From an uncultured Nitrospiraceae bacterium (GTDB lineage Bacteria > Nitrospirota > Thermodesulfovibrionia > Thermodesulfovibrionales > SM23-35), in contig CAVSHB010000001.1 in assembly GCA_963727775.1 (NCBI GenBank), forward strand, positions 1,088,001 to 1,152,000: a stretch of DNA of 64,000 bases, read 5' to 3'. Positions 20,632 through 31,465 of the stretch are shown in pieces. The notes beneath the pieces are model-generated. The model was not told where the DNA came from and did no database searches. It was given only the letters and a program-made list of their open reading frames with translations. A program made the position numbers and the translations under genes. The stretch's first letter is position 1. Each line of letters begins with the position of its first letter.

Positions 20632-22098
20632 ATGTCGACCATGAACAGAAAAATTCAGAAAATATTAATAGCTAACAGGGGAGTGACTGCTGTCAGGATT
20701 ATGCACACCTGCAGGGACAGAAAGATCCCTACCACTGCCGTTTATAGTACCCCCGACAGACTTGCTCACCATGTATTTATGGCTGATTCGGCGGTGCATA
20801 TCGGTGAGGCGCCTCCGGTTGAATCCTATCTGAATATGGAGAAGATGATCGCCGCCGCGATCCAGAGCAAGTCGGACGCAATCCATCCGGGCTGGGGGTT
20901 CCTGGCGGAAAACCATAAGTTTGCGAAAATGGTGATTGACGCCGGCCTGACATGGATAGGTCCGCCGCCTGAAGTGATAGAAGCCTTAGGGGATAAAGTC
21001 CAGGCAAAAATACTTGCGCAGAAAGCCAATGTTCCTACAGTCCCTGGGATTATCAATGTTACTAATGTCGAGCAGATCAAAAAGTGGATGAAAAATGAGA
21101 AGGTAATTTTTCCAATCATGATCAAGGCGGTTGCGGGCGGCGGCGGTAAAGGGATGGTGAAGGTCGAGAACAAGAACCAATTGGTACAGGCTTTTGCCCA
21201 GGCGCGGTCGGAAGCGATGAAGTCTTTTGGGGACGACAGGGTACTGGTCGAAAAATACGTAGAGCGTGGAAGGCACATAGAGGTACAGGTCGTCGGAGAT
21301 GAGCACGGGAATGTGGTCCATCTGTATGAAAGGGAATGCACCATTCAGAGACGCAACCAGAAGATAATTGAAGAAGCGCCTTCGCCGTCTATTGACGACG
21401 ATCTGCGCAAGGAAATATGTTTTACCGCGATCCGGCTGATGCGTGAAATAGGCTATAAATCGGCGGGGACTGTGGAGTTTATTTTCGATTCATCGACAAG
21501 GAATTTTTATTTCCTTGAGGTCAATACGCGTTTGCAGGTTGAGCACGGTATTACTGAACTGATAACCGGTCTGGATATTGTCGGGATAATGATCGATGTC
21601 GCTATCGGGAAAAAATTACCTTTCAAACAGTCCGATATATATCCGAACAGATGGGCTCTGGAAGTGCGGCTGAATGCGGAAGACCCGAGGAATTTCAGCC
21701 CATCCTTCGGTACGATTACCCGGCTTCAGGTCCCTCAGGGACCGGGAGTAAGAATTGCAACGGGTGTTTATGAGGGCGCTGATATTCCGCCGTATTACGA
21801 TTCACTTTTTATGTTATTGATAACTGCGGGCGCGGACAGGGGAGATGCAATAAGGGTAATGGACCGGGCACTCAGCAGGAACCTCCGGGTTGAAGGTGTG
21901 AAAACTCTGGCGCCCTTGCTTTTGAGCATAATCAGGCATCCCGCGTTTATAGCCGGTGAGTTTTCGACCAGATTTTTAGAGGAGCATATTGATGAGCTTA
22001 TATCAATGTTCAAGGAGAAGAACAGCGAGGACGAGGTGCTTAAGATAGCGAGATATGTTGCCGAAATCTCTGCCCTCGGTCCCCGGCCATGGATGTAA
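20632..22098 (+). CDS. Biotin carboxylase subunit (pyruvate carboxylase subunit A-like)
   Basis: ILIANRG, IHPGWGFLAEN, GGGGKGM, RECTIQRRNQK, EVNTRLQVEH. Confidence 0.92.
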   Translation: MSTMNRKIQKILIANRGVTAVRIMHTCRDRKIPTTAVYSTPDRLAHHVFMADSAVHIGEAPPVESYLNMEKMIAAAIQSKSDAIHPGWGFLAENHKFAKMVIDAGLTWIGPPPEVIEALGDKVQAKILAQKANVPTVPGIINVTNVEQIKKWMKNEKVIFPIMIKAVAGGGGKGMVKVENKNQLVQAFAQARSEAMKSFGDDRVLVEKYVERGRHIEVQVVGDEHGNVVHLYERECTIQRRNQKIIEEAPSPSIDDDLRKEICFTAIRLMREIGYKSAGTVEFIFDSSTRNFYFLEVNTRLQVEHGITELITGLDIVGIMIDVAIGKKLPFKQSDIYPNRWALEVRLNAEDPRNFSPSFGTITRLQVPQGPGVRIATGVYEGADIPPYYDSLFMLLITAGADRGDAIRVMDRALSRNLRVEGVKTLAPLLLSIIRHPAFIAGEFSTRFLEEHIDELISMFKEKNSEDEVLKIARYVAEISALGPRPWM

Positions 22099-22099
22099 G

Positions 22100-24118
22100 A
22101 TGAAAGATTATATTTTTGTAAAACCGGGGATGTCCCCAAACGAAATCGTTAATGCGATACGCTCCCTTAAAGGTGTATGTTTTACGTCTGTAGGGATGCG
22201 CGATGCGGGGCAGTCCGACTTTAAAAACAGGCACAGGATATATGACCTCGCAACCCTTGCTCCGTATTACAACAGGATGGGGCTTTTCAGTTCGGAATGT
22301 CACGGCGGCGCGCGATGGCACGTGGGGGTGATGAACAGGAGGGAGAGTCCGTTTGAGGAAATCAATATCCTTAGAGAGCACATGCCGAATGTTTTGCTCC
22401 AGACACTTGTGCGCGAGACAAACCTATGGGGTTACAGGCCGTACCCGAAAAATGTAATAGAGCATGTCGTGTCGAGGGTTGATATCGATGTATGGAGATG
22501 CTTCTCTTTTCTGAACGATGTAAGGAATATGCGGACGGTTGCGGAAGTCGTTATGAAAAGAGGAAAGCTCTTCCAGCCCGCGATATCCTATACAATGGCG
22601 GACTGGGCGACAAACGATTATTATATCGGGCTTGTTAAAGATATTCTGGACCTCTGCGGAGGACCTGACGAGATCATCTTCTGCATTAAAGACATGGCAG
22701 GTGTAGGAAGTATTAAGAAAGTCGGCGGGCTTATCGACGCCATAAAACAGAAATATCCCGACCTGGTAATTCACTACCACCGGCATATAACAGACGGCCT
22801 TGCAATGCCGGCGCTGCTCTCGGCTGCGCAGGCGGGAGCAAAGATTTTTGATGTCGAGGAAGATTCCCTCGTGCGTTTTTACGGGCATTCACCTATCCTG
22901 GGTGTTCAGGCATATTTTGAGGAGTCGGGTATACCGGTTAACCTCAGCAGAAGCGATGCGGAAGCCGCCGTCCGGAAAGTACGCGAATGGATTGGCTTCT
23001 ATGACTGGGCTGAATCTCCGTTTAAAGGGTTCGACCATACGGTTGTCCTTCACAAGATGCCGGGAGGGGCATTCCCGAGTTCATTTGAACAGGCAGCAAA
23101 AGGGGGGTTCCTCCATTATATGCCTGCTGTGCTAAAGGTCATGTCTCTTTATAACAAGATTATCCACTACTTTGATGTTACTCCCGGGTCACAGATTACG
23201 TGGGTCACATGCAGTGGAATAGTCAATAAATACGCCAAGGCCAAAGGTGAAGCCGGTGTAAGACACCTAATCGAACTCCTCACGAAGTTCATCGAAGAAA
23301 ATTCTCTCGATTTTGAGTCTGTGGACAGGGACCAACAGGAAGAACTGCTCGGACTTTTCAGGAACGCGCCGGGGGACTTTAAGAACCTTATTCTCGGGCA
23401 TTATGGAAAGCTGCCCATGGGCTGGCCTCCTGACTGGGTATATAAAAGTACGTTTGGTGATGAATGGAAAGAGAAGATCAAGGAGCGTATTGAACTCTCC
23501 CCGTTGGATTCAATGGGAGATGATGATCTGGAAAAGCTTAGAAGAGAACTCTCCGATTATATCGGTAGAGAACCTGCAGAAGAGGAGTTCATCCTTTTTC
23601 TTATGCACCCGAAAGACGCACTGGAGATGATCGAGTTCAGAGAAAAATATGGTGAAGCTCCGCTCGTGCTGCCGACCGATGTCTGGAGGGAAGGTCTGAA
23701 AAAACCTGGCGACAAGGTCGACTTTGAGCTCTGGGGAAAGCCTTACAGTATTGAGCTTTTATCAATCGGGTCGGAACATGAAGGTCTGGTGCATGTCGTG
23801 GTGCGGGTCAACAACAAGACAAGGGTCTATACGGTTGAGACCCCGAGGGCCAAAAAGGTCGAGATAAGAATGGCTAAAGGCTTTAACGAAATCGGCGCAC
23901 CCATCAACGGAAATATCTGGCGCATAGGCAACCCGGAAAGAGGCGCTCTTAAGACAGGCGATATCGTCCATAAGGGAGAAGAGATTGCAAACCTCGAGGC
24001 GATGAAAATGGAAAACGCGATTATCTCTCCGTTCGACGGCCAGATTGCGGAGGTATGCGTAAAACTCAACAGCTTCGTTGTGGAAGGACAACTCCTCTTC
24101 GTCATCGAAAAGCAGTAA
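22100..24118 (+). CDS. Carboxyltransferase + biotin carrier subunit (pyruvate carboxylase subunit B-like)
   Basis: RDAGQS, IKDMAG, HYHRH, MPGG, VTPGSQ, C-terminal EAMKM biotinylation motif. Confidence 0.85.
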   Translation: MKDYIFVKPGMSPNEIVNAIRSLKGVCFTSVGMRDAGQSDFKNRHRIYDLATLAPYYNRMGLFSSECHGGARWHVGVMNRRESPFEEINILREHMPNVLLQTLVRETNLWGYRPYPKNVIEHVVSRVDIDVWRCFSFLNDVRNMRTVAEVVMKRGKLFQPAISYTMADWATNDYYIGLVKDILDLCGGPDEIIFCIKDMAGVGSIKKVGGLIDAIKQKYPDLVIHYHRHITDGLAMPALLSAAQAGAKIFDVEEDSLVRFYGHSPILGVQAYFEESGIPVNLSRSDAEAAVRKVREWIGFYDWAESPFKGFDHTVVLHKMPGGAFPSSFEQAAKGGFLHYMPAVLKVMSLYNKIIHYFDVTPGSQITWVTCSGIVNKYAKAKGEAGVRHLIELLTKFIEENSLDFESVDRDQQEELLGLFRNAPGDFKNLILGHYGKLPMGWPPDWVYKSTFGDEWKEKIKERIELSPLDSMGDDDLEKLRRELSDYIGREPAEEEFILFLMHPKDALEMIEFREKYGEAPLVLPTDVWREGLKKPGDKVDFELWGKPYSIELLSIGSEHEGLVHVVVRVNNKTRVYTVETPRAKKVEIRMAKGFNEIGAPINGNIWRIGNPERGALKTGDIVHKGEEIANLEAMKMENAIISPFDGQIAEVCVKLNSFVVEGQLLFVIEKQ

Positions 24119-24203
24119 ATCCCACCTGTCTTTTAATACGGAAGGGCTTCGATAGCGCACAAGCCGTGATGAACTTTTTGATCTTGTTTCTTCGAGGTGA
24201 AAC

Positions 24204-26108
24204 GTGGCATTAGTGAGTTTGCAAGAGGTGAGGATCGCCTTCGGCGGCCCCCAACTCCTTGATGGGGTCACCTTCCAGATCGAGCGGGGGGAACGGGTCT
24301 GCCTTGTCGGCAGAAACGGGGCGGGCAAATCCACAATTATGAAGATCGTGGACGGCGAGCTCATCCCTGACTCGGGCGAGGTCATAAGAGCCAAAGGCGC
24401 GCGGGTCGCATCCCTCGAACAGGAAGTGCCGCAGGACCTGGCCGGAACGGTCTTCGAGGTCGTTTCTGAAGGGCTCGGCGATATCGTCGAACTGCTCGCG
24501 GAATATCGCTCCCTAGTCCACAGCCCAGGCTTAAGCGAAGACGCCGGCATTATCGCGGACCTTGAACGGGTACAGCATCTTATCGAGTCCTCGGGCGGCT
24601 GGCAGATACAACAGCGGGTCGAGACGGTCCTTTCCCGCCTCGGGCTGGACGCTGAGGCTGTTGCGGCCGGGCTCTCCGGCGGCTACAAGAGGAGGGTCCT
24701 TCTTGCGAGGGCGCTCGTGAACGAGCCGGACCTCCTGCTTCTTGATGAGCCTACGAACCATCTCGACATCGAAGCGATCGGCTGGCTTGAGGAATTTCTC
24801 CTCGAATTCCGGGGCGCCATACTCTTCATCACCCACGACCGGAGGTTTCTCCAGACCCTCGCAACGCGCATAATCGAACTCGACCGGGGGCGGGTCACTG
24901 ACTGGCCCGGAGATTACAAAACCTACCTGGTGAGAAGGCAGGCCGAGCTCGAGGCAGAAGTCACTCACAATGCGCTCTTCGATAAGAAACTCGCACAGGA
25001 GGAGGCCTGGATACGGCAGGGTATTAGGGCCCGCCGCACCCGCAACGAGGGAAGGGTGAGGGCGTTAAAGGAGTTGAGGAAGGAGCGGTTATCAAGGCGT
25101 GAACAAACAGGGTCCGCCGAGATGAAACTGAACGAGGCAGAGAGGTCGGGCAGGCTGGTCCTTGAGGCCAAGGGAATAGGGCACAGCTATGAGGGCAGTC
25201 CTTTGATCCGAGATTTCTCCACGGTCATCATGAGAGGCGACAAGATCGGCATCATAGGCCCTAACGGTTCGGGAAAAACGACCCTGCTTAATATCCTGCT
25301 CGGCTCGGTCGCGCCCCTTCGCGGTTCTGTGCGCATGGGTACCCGCTTCGAAGTCGCCTATTTCGACCAGCACCGCGCGCAGCTGGACGATGAAAAATCG
25401 GTCAGGGAAAACGTTGGAGACGGATACGACAGCGTGACGGTCAACGGAAGGACAAGACACATAATAGGCTACCTTGAGGATTTCCTCTTCTCCCCTGAAA
25501 GATCTCAGTCGCCGGTAAAAGTGCTTTCCGGCGGAGAGAGAAACCGCGCGCTTTTGGCGAAGCTCTTTACAAAACCCTCGAATGTGCTGGTACTTGATGA
25601 ACCGACGAACGATCTGGATGCCGATACCCTGGAGCTTCTGGAAGAGATGCTGATGGAATACCAGGGCACCGTTCTCCTGGTGAGCCACGACAGGGAGTTT
25701 CTTAATAACATCGTCACCAGCACGATAGTGTTTGAGGGCGACGGAAGGCTCGTCGAATATGTGGGAGGCTATGACGACTGGCTGCGACAGCGCAGTCTCT
25801 CATCCCCGATAGGGACAGAGAAGACGAAAAAGAAGGAGAAGCCCGGAAAGTCCAGACCTCAGCGGGGGCGCCTGCGTACCCTGACATTCAAGGAGAAAAA
25901 GGAGATCGAAACGCTGCCTGCGCTTATCGAGTCTATGGAAGCGGAGCGGGCGGGCCTTTATGAGACACTTGCGGACCCTGATTTCTACAGACAGGACGGA
26001 AGTAGTATCCCGGCAGTTAAGGCGAGGATCACGGAACTCGATACAAAGATCCCCACAGCATATGAGCGCTGGGAGCTACTGGAATCTATCCCGAAAGGGC
26101 GGGAGTGA
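24204..26108 (+). CDS. uup: ABC-F ATPase Uup
   Basis: Two ABC cassettes, WIRQGIRARRTRNEGRVRAL linker, C-terminal coiled coil ending YERWELLE. Confidence 0.92.
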   Translation: MALVSLQEVRIAFGGPQLLDGVTFQIERGERVCLVGRNGAGKSTIMKIVDGELIPDSGEVIRAKGARVASLEQEVPQDLAGTVFEVVSEGLGDIVELLAEYRSLVHSPGLSEDAGIIADLERVQHLIESSGGWQIQQRVETVLSRLGLDAEAVAAGLSGGYKRRVLLARALVNEPDLLLLDEPTNHLDIEAIGWLEEFLLEFRGAILFITHDRRFLQTLATRIIELDRGRVTDWPGDYKTYLVRRQAELEAEVTHNALFDKKLAQEEAWIRQGIRARRTRNEGRVRALKELRKERLSRREQTGSAEMKLNEAERSGRLVLEAKGIGHSYEGSPLIRDFSTVIMRGDKIGIIGPNGSGKTTLLNILLGSVAPLRGSVRMGTRFEVAYFDQHRAQLDDEKSVRENVGDGYDSVTVNGRTRHIIGYLEDFLFSPERSQSPVKVLSGGERNRALLAKLFTKPSNVLVLDEPTNDLDADTLELLEEMLMEYQGTVLLVSHDREFLNNIVTSTIVFEGDGRLVEYVGGYDDWLRQRSLSSPIGTEKTKKKEKPGKSRPQRGRLRTLTFKEKKEIETLPALIESMEAERAGLYETLADPDFYRQDGSSIPAVKARITELDTKIPTAYERWELLESIPKGRE

Positions 26109-26155
26109 GAAATATTCGGGCAATGAACTCAGACTCACACCTATTGTCAGACAAC

Positions 26156-26605
26156 TTACCGTTTAATGAGTTTTATCCCTTCGTTTTCGATGATAATAAG
26201 CCGTTTCCTGTAAAGAGAGCCTATCGCTTTTTTATATGTTTTCTTGCTTACCCCGAACAAGCCGTAGATAATTTCAGGCGGACTTTTATCGGTCACGGAA
26301 ACAAATCCGCCCGCTGCTTTTAGTTTGTCGATAATTTTTTCAGAGAGCTCATCAACCTTTTCAGGTCCGGGTTTTTGAAGACAGAGATCTATCTTTCCAT
26401 CGTCCCTTACCTTCTTTATAAATCCTTTTATCTGTTGTCTTTTTCTTAATGGCTGGAACACCTCGTTCCTATAAAGCATGCCCCATTGCGAGTTGTTGAT
26501 CATAGCCTTAAAACCAAGGTCAGTCTGTTCGCCGATCACCAGTTCCACACTCTGGCCTTCCTGAAATCCGATCGGTTGCTTACCAGGGCTTGATCTTTTA
26601 GGCAT
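26156..26605 (-). CDS. CvfB-like S1 + winged-helix protein (C-terminal half only)
   Basis: TDLGFKAMIN..WGMLY.NE, RDDGKIDL, DKSPPEIIY..FGVSKKTYKKAIGSLYR. Confidence 0.8.
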   Translation of the reverse strand: MPKRSSPGKQPIGFQEGQSVELVIGEQTDLGFKAMINNSQWGMLYRNEVFQPLRKRQQIKGFIKKVRDDGKIDLCLQKPGPEKVDELSEKIIDKLKAAGGFVSVTDKSPPEIIYGLFGVSKKTYKKAIGSLYRKRLIIIENEGIKLIKR

Positions 26606-26639
26606 TATGAATGCTCCGATAGACTTGTCCCTTTTTGCT

Positions 26640-27236
26640 TCATTCCTGTCCGGATAAAACGCTTCTGACATGACGCCACAATTCTTCCCTGCCTTCTCCG
26701 GTCTCACTGGAATAGATCAGCGCTGGAACATGAGCGGGAAGCATTAATCCCTTGCGAATCGCGGCAATATGGGCCGGACGCCTGCCGCGGCTGATTTTAT
26801 CCGCCTTTGTTCCGACAATGACATACGGGACATTGAGTCCTATCAGCCATTCTGAAGCATTCTTGTCATTTTTCATGGGCTCGTGCCGCAGGTCGATCAG
26901 ATGCACAATGAGAGCAATCCTGTCCCCACCCCGCAAATAGCTGGTGATGAACTCTCCCCACTCACTGCGCTTTCCCTTTGACGCCTCCGCATAACCATAT
27001 CCGGGCAGATCTACCAGATACAGCTGCTCATTGATGGCAAAATAATTAATCGTCTGCGTTTTCCCTGGCTGGACACTGGTCCGCGCCAGCGCGCGGCGTG
27101 CGCATAATGAATTGATCAGGGATGATTTACCCACATTGGAGCGTCCGACCATCACAATCTCCGGATACCCGGTGGCAGGGTATTGATTTGGTCCAACCGC
27201 ACTGATAATGCATTTAGCTGATATTATTTTCATCAT
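26640..27236 (-). CDS. engB: GTP-binding protein EngB/YihA
   Basis: GRSNVGKSSLIN, PGKTQTIN, DLPGYGY, TKADK. Confidence 0.95.
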   Translation of the reverse strand: MMKIISAKCIISAVGPNQYPATGYPEIVMVGRSNVGKSSLINSLCARRALARTSVQPGKTQTINYFAINEQLYLVDLPGYGYAEASKGKRSEWGEFITSYLRGGDRIALIVHLIDLRHEPMKNDKNASEWLIGLNVPYVIVGTKADKISRGRRPAHIAAIRKGLMLPAHVPALIYSSETGEGREELWRHVRSVLSGQE

Positions 27237-27313
27237 TCTTCCTTGTCTGGTATCTGAAAACCGATATCAAGTATTGTACCACGACGTACAGGTGACCAGA
27301 GGCTAACTGCTAG

Positions 27314-28963
27314 CCCACATAATTCATAAATTTTTGGCACATGAGATTTTTGGTGGCTTTTTGAGTCAAGTGAAGACAATAGAAGACCAATACGGAGCAG
27401 TTTTATAGACGAGTCACGATCTGATCCCGTAAAATCAGACGGAGAAGGGCTTCGTGGCAGTTTTTAAGCGCACTTCACCATTGAGGACATTTCCTGTTGA
27501 AGTTTTTCCGTAAGAAAATGTTCAGGTCGTATCAGCAGCAAGCCGATGATATACTAATGCAAAGATTTTCTTCCAGGGATAGCCACTGGCTAAGCGAAAC
27601 CATACCCGTCGGGCTGTCTGGATTACCTGGGCTCCAATCTTCAGAAGCCTCAGCCTTAACTGCTGTATCTGCATTGAGGCAAATTCTGTTTTCTGAAGAG
27701 CTTCCCTGAGCCTCAGAACAAGCCAGTACGCCGCCATATGCAGGAAGAGTCTGAACTGGTTGGCAACAAAGCGATGACAACTCAACCGGTCTGCCTTGAG
27801 CCCATTTTTAAACTCGTCAATCCGTACCTCACAGGTACCGCCACGCTCGGTGTAAAACTCATAGAGTTCTTTTGGTTCATAGGAGAGGTTGGTTACGACA
27901 AAACGACGGTTAGGTCCCTGTATCAGCCATTCAGCCTTCATGATAACCCGTCGCTCTTTCGGCCAACTCTGCGCCTGATATAATCCCTCTGTAAACATCC
28001 TCTGTTTTTGTCCTGTTTCCGTATACTGCTTATGCGCTTTCTTGAGAATGGCTTCGATCATCCGCTCAAGCACATCATTACGGATCAGACCGATCATATA
28101 TTTGAGACCCTCTTCTTCACAGTATTCATATAACTCTGGTACTGCAAATCCAGCATCGCCACGGACGATGATCTCTGTTTTTGGAAACGCCTCCTTAAGT
28201 TTCGGAATGATCCGCTTGAGGATCGACACCGCTCCATAACTGGCATGCCGGTTACCAGCTCTGAGGGCCGCTGTTATCAGTTGCCCTGTGTCAGCATCGT
28301 AGATTACAAGCGGATGGTACATGTATTGGTCATAGTAGCCATGAAAGAACGTCAACTGCTGATTGCCGTATGTCGGATCGTCCGTCCCATCAAGGTCCAG
28401 AATAATCCTTTTTGGCTTTCTCTTCCGGTTCCGACGAATGTAAAGATTAATAAAATATTCTCCTATCCTGTATAGATCGTTCCGGGTGATTGCGTTTTCC
28501 AAGCGTGACAAGGTGGGCTGTGAGCCAAGATCTTCATCGCTCAACTTCCGTCCACAGGCTGTCTTCAGTGCTGGATCTTTTCTTACTATGTTTGCATCGT
28601 TACAGTCCTCATACCCAGCAACGATTTGATATGTCCGCTGACGTAACAGTGTCTCCAGATTGTGATCGGTGTAACGGTTGTCTCTTCGGTCTGTAATACA
28701 TCCTGCCATCCCTGTTATCAACCGCAAAGCATTGTCTGCTTGCCTCACCAGCAACAAGCCCGAATCAGAGGTTATCTCCCCTCCCTTAAAATCTACCGTT
28801 ATTTTTTGCTTCCGTATGAATGAAAAGGTGAGCTGTTTTGTGATACACTCTGTCATATAGCCAACCATCCTTTCTTTGGTTTTGAGCTCTCGTAAACTCA
28901 ATAATACCAAAGGTCTTAGGATTGTTGGCTATTTTTTTAGGCAGAATTTATGAATAATCTGGG
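27314..28963 (-). mobile_element. IS1380-family insertion sequence
   Basis: Terminal inverted repeats CCCACATAATTCATAAATT / AATTTATGAATAATCTGGG enclosing the transposase; flanks CTAG and CTAA. Confidence 0.88.
27522..28856 (-). CDS. IS1380-family DDE transposase
   Basis: DFKGGEITSDSG, GYEDCNDA, SQPTLSRLEN, LDLDGTDD, RGDAGF, IDEFK, ANQFRL. Confidence 0.92.
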   Translation of the reverse strand: MTECITKQLTFSFIRKQKITVDFKGGEITSDSGLLLVRQADNALRLITGMAGCITDRRDNRYTDHNLETLLRQRTYQIVAGYEDCNDANIVRKDPALKTACGRKLSDEDLGSQPTLSRLENAITRNDLYRIGEYFINLYIRRNRKRKPKRIILDLDGTDDPTYGNQQLTFFHGYYDQYMYHPLVIYDADTGQLITAALRAGNRHASYGAVSILKRIIPKLKEAFPKTEIIVRGDAGFAVPELYEYCEEEGLKYMIGLIRNDVLERMIEAILKKAHKQYTETGQKQRMFTEGLYQAQSWPKERRVIMKAEWLIQGPNRRFVVTNLSYEPKELYEFYTERGGTCEVRIDEFKNGLKADRLSCHRFVANQFRLFLHMAAYWLVLRLREALQKTEFASMQIQQLRLRLLKIGAQVIQTARRVWFRLASGYPWKKIFALVYHRLAADTT

Positions 28964-29124
28964 CTAAATGTCAGGGCATTGAATCCGAGGAGAAACACTT
29001 GTTTCAGGGCGTAATGTTGTGGGACAATATTATCGTGCCGGGTTGTTTGTAACACCTACTAATGTTGTATATGACGGAATCTTAAAGGGTAACGATTACT
29101 GGTTATATTGTGCATTTTATTAAT

Positions 29125-31350
29125 TCACTTAAGTTCTTCTCTTACAGCTTTCTCAAGAAAGTCCTCAAGGGCCGCAATACATGTTCTATCACGATAAATG
29201 AGATGCTTATTTTCTGCAATCTTATCTGATAAATGTTTTCGTAATTCTGCATCTTTTCCAAGCCGTACTGCCATCTCAATATATTCATCCAACGTCTTAG
29301 CAATAGTCTCTGTCATTCCCATCATGGTAAGAATTGCTGCACTATGTCGTCCACGCATTAGCTTCCCATGGATAGTCACTACGGGAAGATTGCAGGCAAT
29401 GGCTTCAAGGGTTGTATTGCCGCCTGACCAGCCAATACTGTCAAGATAGATATCAACAAGACAATTCATTGCGTGATACTGCCCTGTGTCAAGATACGGT
29501 AGAAATATAACATAGCTGTCAGCGTTCATATTAAATCTGTCAAATGCACTTTTGATCCGCAATCGAAACTGTTCCGTTATAAACGTGCTAGGATTGGAAA
29601 TAAACAGCAACTGACAATCATCAAGTCTCTGGGCTATTTGAGGATAGATTTCGTCATGCTGTGGCAAATACTTGTGAAGAGACTGACAGCAGAAATAAAG
29701 GATTGATTGGGGTCGAATATTGAACATATCACGACTTATCGCTACCTCTGGAGCATCTATCGGTGTGTAATAGATGGATAAGTTCGGCAACCGAATGAGT
29801 TTTTCACTGTAGTGCTCATCAGCATCAGGTGGCTCCATCAGGTCACTGCTCAGATAATAGTCAATAGTGGGGAGCCCGGACGTATCAGGATGCCCCCAGG
29901 AAAGACACTGCACAGGTGCCAATTTCAATGCTGCAAGCCTTACTGTTGTTGGGTCCATGCCGATTTCAGGATAGATGAGGACGTGAAGATAGGCTTTCCG
30001 AATGATTCGGCACAGTTCTTCAAACGAATAGATGTCCTCTACAAATCTTGTGAAACAATGTCTAGCGTCTTTGGTATCTTGATCCTTTGTTCTTCCAGTA
30101 TGATAGCCAAAAAAAACAAACCTTCCTTTATCAACGTTCTCAACCCATCCTCTAAAGAGTTTCCAGACGGAATGTTTATGAAAATACCCTGAAACTATTC
30201 CAACTCTTATTGGCTCTCCTGAATCATAGCGAGGCATCGTGGGAAGTAAAGCAAATTCTGGGTATTTTAAAGCCATAATCCTACATACAAACCTACCGTA
30301 AATCTGTTGTAGTTCTTTGTCGTTAAACTCCTGGCAAGCGAGAAGAAAAGGCTGATGACTACCAATTGCTTCACACGCATATTGAATATCTTGTTCACTT
30401 TCAAGTGAGACTGTATCACACAGCTTTATTAGATCATTAGAATACTGTTTGCGTATGATTTGAATGCTTAGCTGATCTTTATAGATAATCGGCAAGTGCG
30501 AAATGCATCGAGCCCATCTTGCTAAGAAATAACTAGGTTCCAGAGTGAGTGCCTTGTTGTATGCTGCAATGGCTTCATCGATTTTACTCTGTTGCTTTAG
30601 GGCATTGCCCAAATTGTAATATACATTTATAAGCTTTGGATTTAATTCCAGAGCTTTCTCATAATAAGTGATTGCCTCATCGAATTTCTTTTTTGCCCCG
30701 AAGGCATTGCCCATATTATTATAGGCATCAATGAGATTAGGATTGAGTTGTAGCGCTTTTTGACAATAGCGGATAGAGTCATCAATCTGTCCTTTTTCAT
30801 ACAAGACAAATCCAAGATTATTATAGGTGTTTGCAAGGTTTGGATTAATATGTAAGGCTTTCTGATAGTAGGTTATAGCTTCATTAATTTGTCCTTTTTC
30901 CTGATAAACTATCCCAAGGTTATTATATGCCTCCGCAAAGTTTGAATTAAGCTGAAGGGCTTTGCGATAAGCCGTTATTGCCTCCTCCAACTGTTTTCCA
31001 TCTTTAAAAACATTGCCAAGATTAAAATATGTATAAGACAAATTGGGATTAATATTTATTGCTTTTTGATAATATGTGATAGCCTCATTAAGCTTTCCCT
31101 TGGCTTGAAGGGCAAGCCCCATATTATTATATGCATCAGGATCATTTGAATTTAACTCCAGTTCTCTCTTGATATAACATATTGCTAAGTCATGATTCCC
31201 AAGTCGATAGTAGATTATCCCAAGAAAATGTAAGGCAGCCACACTTCCTGGATGTTTTTTCAATATTTTCTTATAAAGATGTTCTGCATGTTGTAGATTC
31301 CCTGATTGATAATGCTGCAGGGCTAATTGAATTACATTACTAATGTTCAT
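29125..31350 (-). CDS. TPR-repeat protein with GT41 (O-GlcNAc transferase/SPINDLY-like) catalytic domain
   Basis: About 8 TPRs (AYNNLG..Y, KAL.LNP) then HSV, LAPVQCLSWGHPDTSGLPTIDY, GGNTTLEA..PVVT. Confidence 0.88.
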   Translation of the reverse strand: MNISNVIQLALQHYQSGNLQHAEHLYKKILKKHPGSVAALHFLGIIYYRLGNHDLAICYIKRELELNSNDPDAYNNMGLALQAKGKLNEAITYYQKAININPNLSYTYFNLGNVFKDGKQLEEAITAYRKALQLNSNFAEAYNNLGIVYQEKGQINEAITYYQKALHINPNLANTYNNLGFVLYEKGQIDDSIRYCQKALQLNPNLIDAYNNMGNAFGAKKKFDEAITYYEKALELNPKLINVYYNLGNALKQQSKIDEAIAAYNKALTLEPSYFLARWARCISHLPIIYKDQLSIQIIRKQYSNDLIKLCDTVSLESEQDIQYACEAIGSHQPFLLACQEFNDKELQQIYGRFVCRIMALKYPEFALLPTMPRYDSGEPIRVGIVSGYFHKHSVWKLFRGWVENVDKGRFVFFGYHTGRTKDQDTKDARHCFTRFVEDIYSFEELCRIIRKAYLHVLIYPEIGMDPTTVRLAALKLAPVQCLSWGHPDTSGLPTIDYYLSSDLMEPPDADEHYSEKLIRLPNLSIYYTPIDAPEVAISRDMFNIRPQSILYFCCQSLHKYLPQHDEIYPQIAQRLDDCQLLFISNPSTFITEQFRLRIKSAFDRFNMNADSYVIFLPYLDTGQYHAMNCLVDIYLDSIGWSGGNTTLEAIACNLPVVTIHGKLMRGRHSAAILTMMGMTETIAKTLDEYIEMAVRLGKDAELRKHLSDKIAENKHLIYRDRTCIAALEDFLEKAVREELK

Positions 31351-31465
31351 TGTTTATATTGCAACAAATGTTCATTGCATGTAGAAATAAATAATATATT
31401 AGCAGAATTACTTAGTGCGGAGTACAGGAAGCAATGTTGCAGTCCCACCGACCCTTATTTGCACC

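Noticed and set aside
31441..31465. AAATAAGGGTCGGTGGGACT (minus strand) after the ankyrin gene as a repeat-element end
   Set aside because: Single short copy with no partner in the window.
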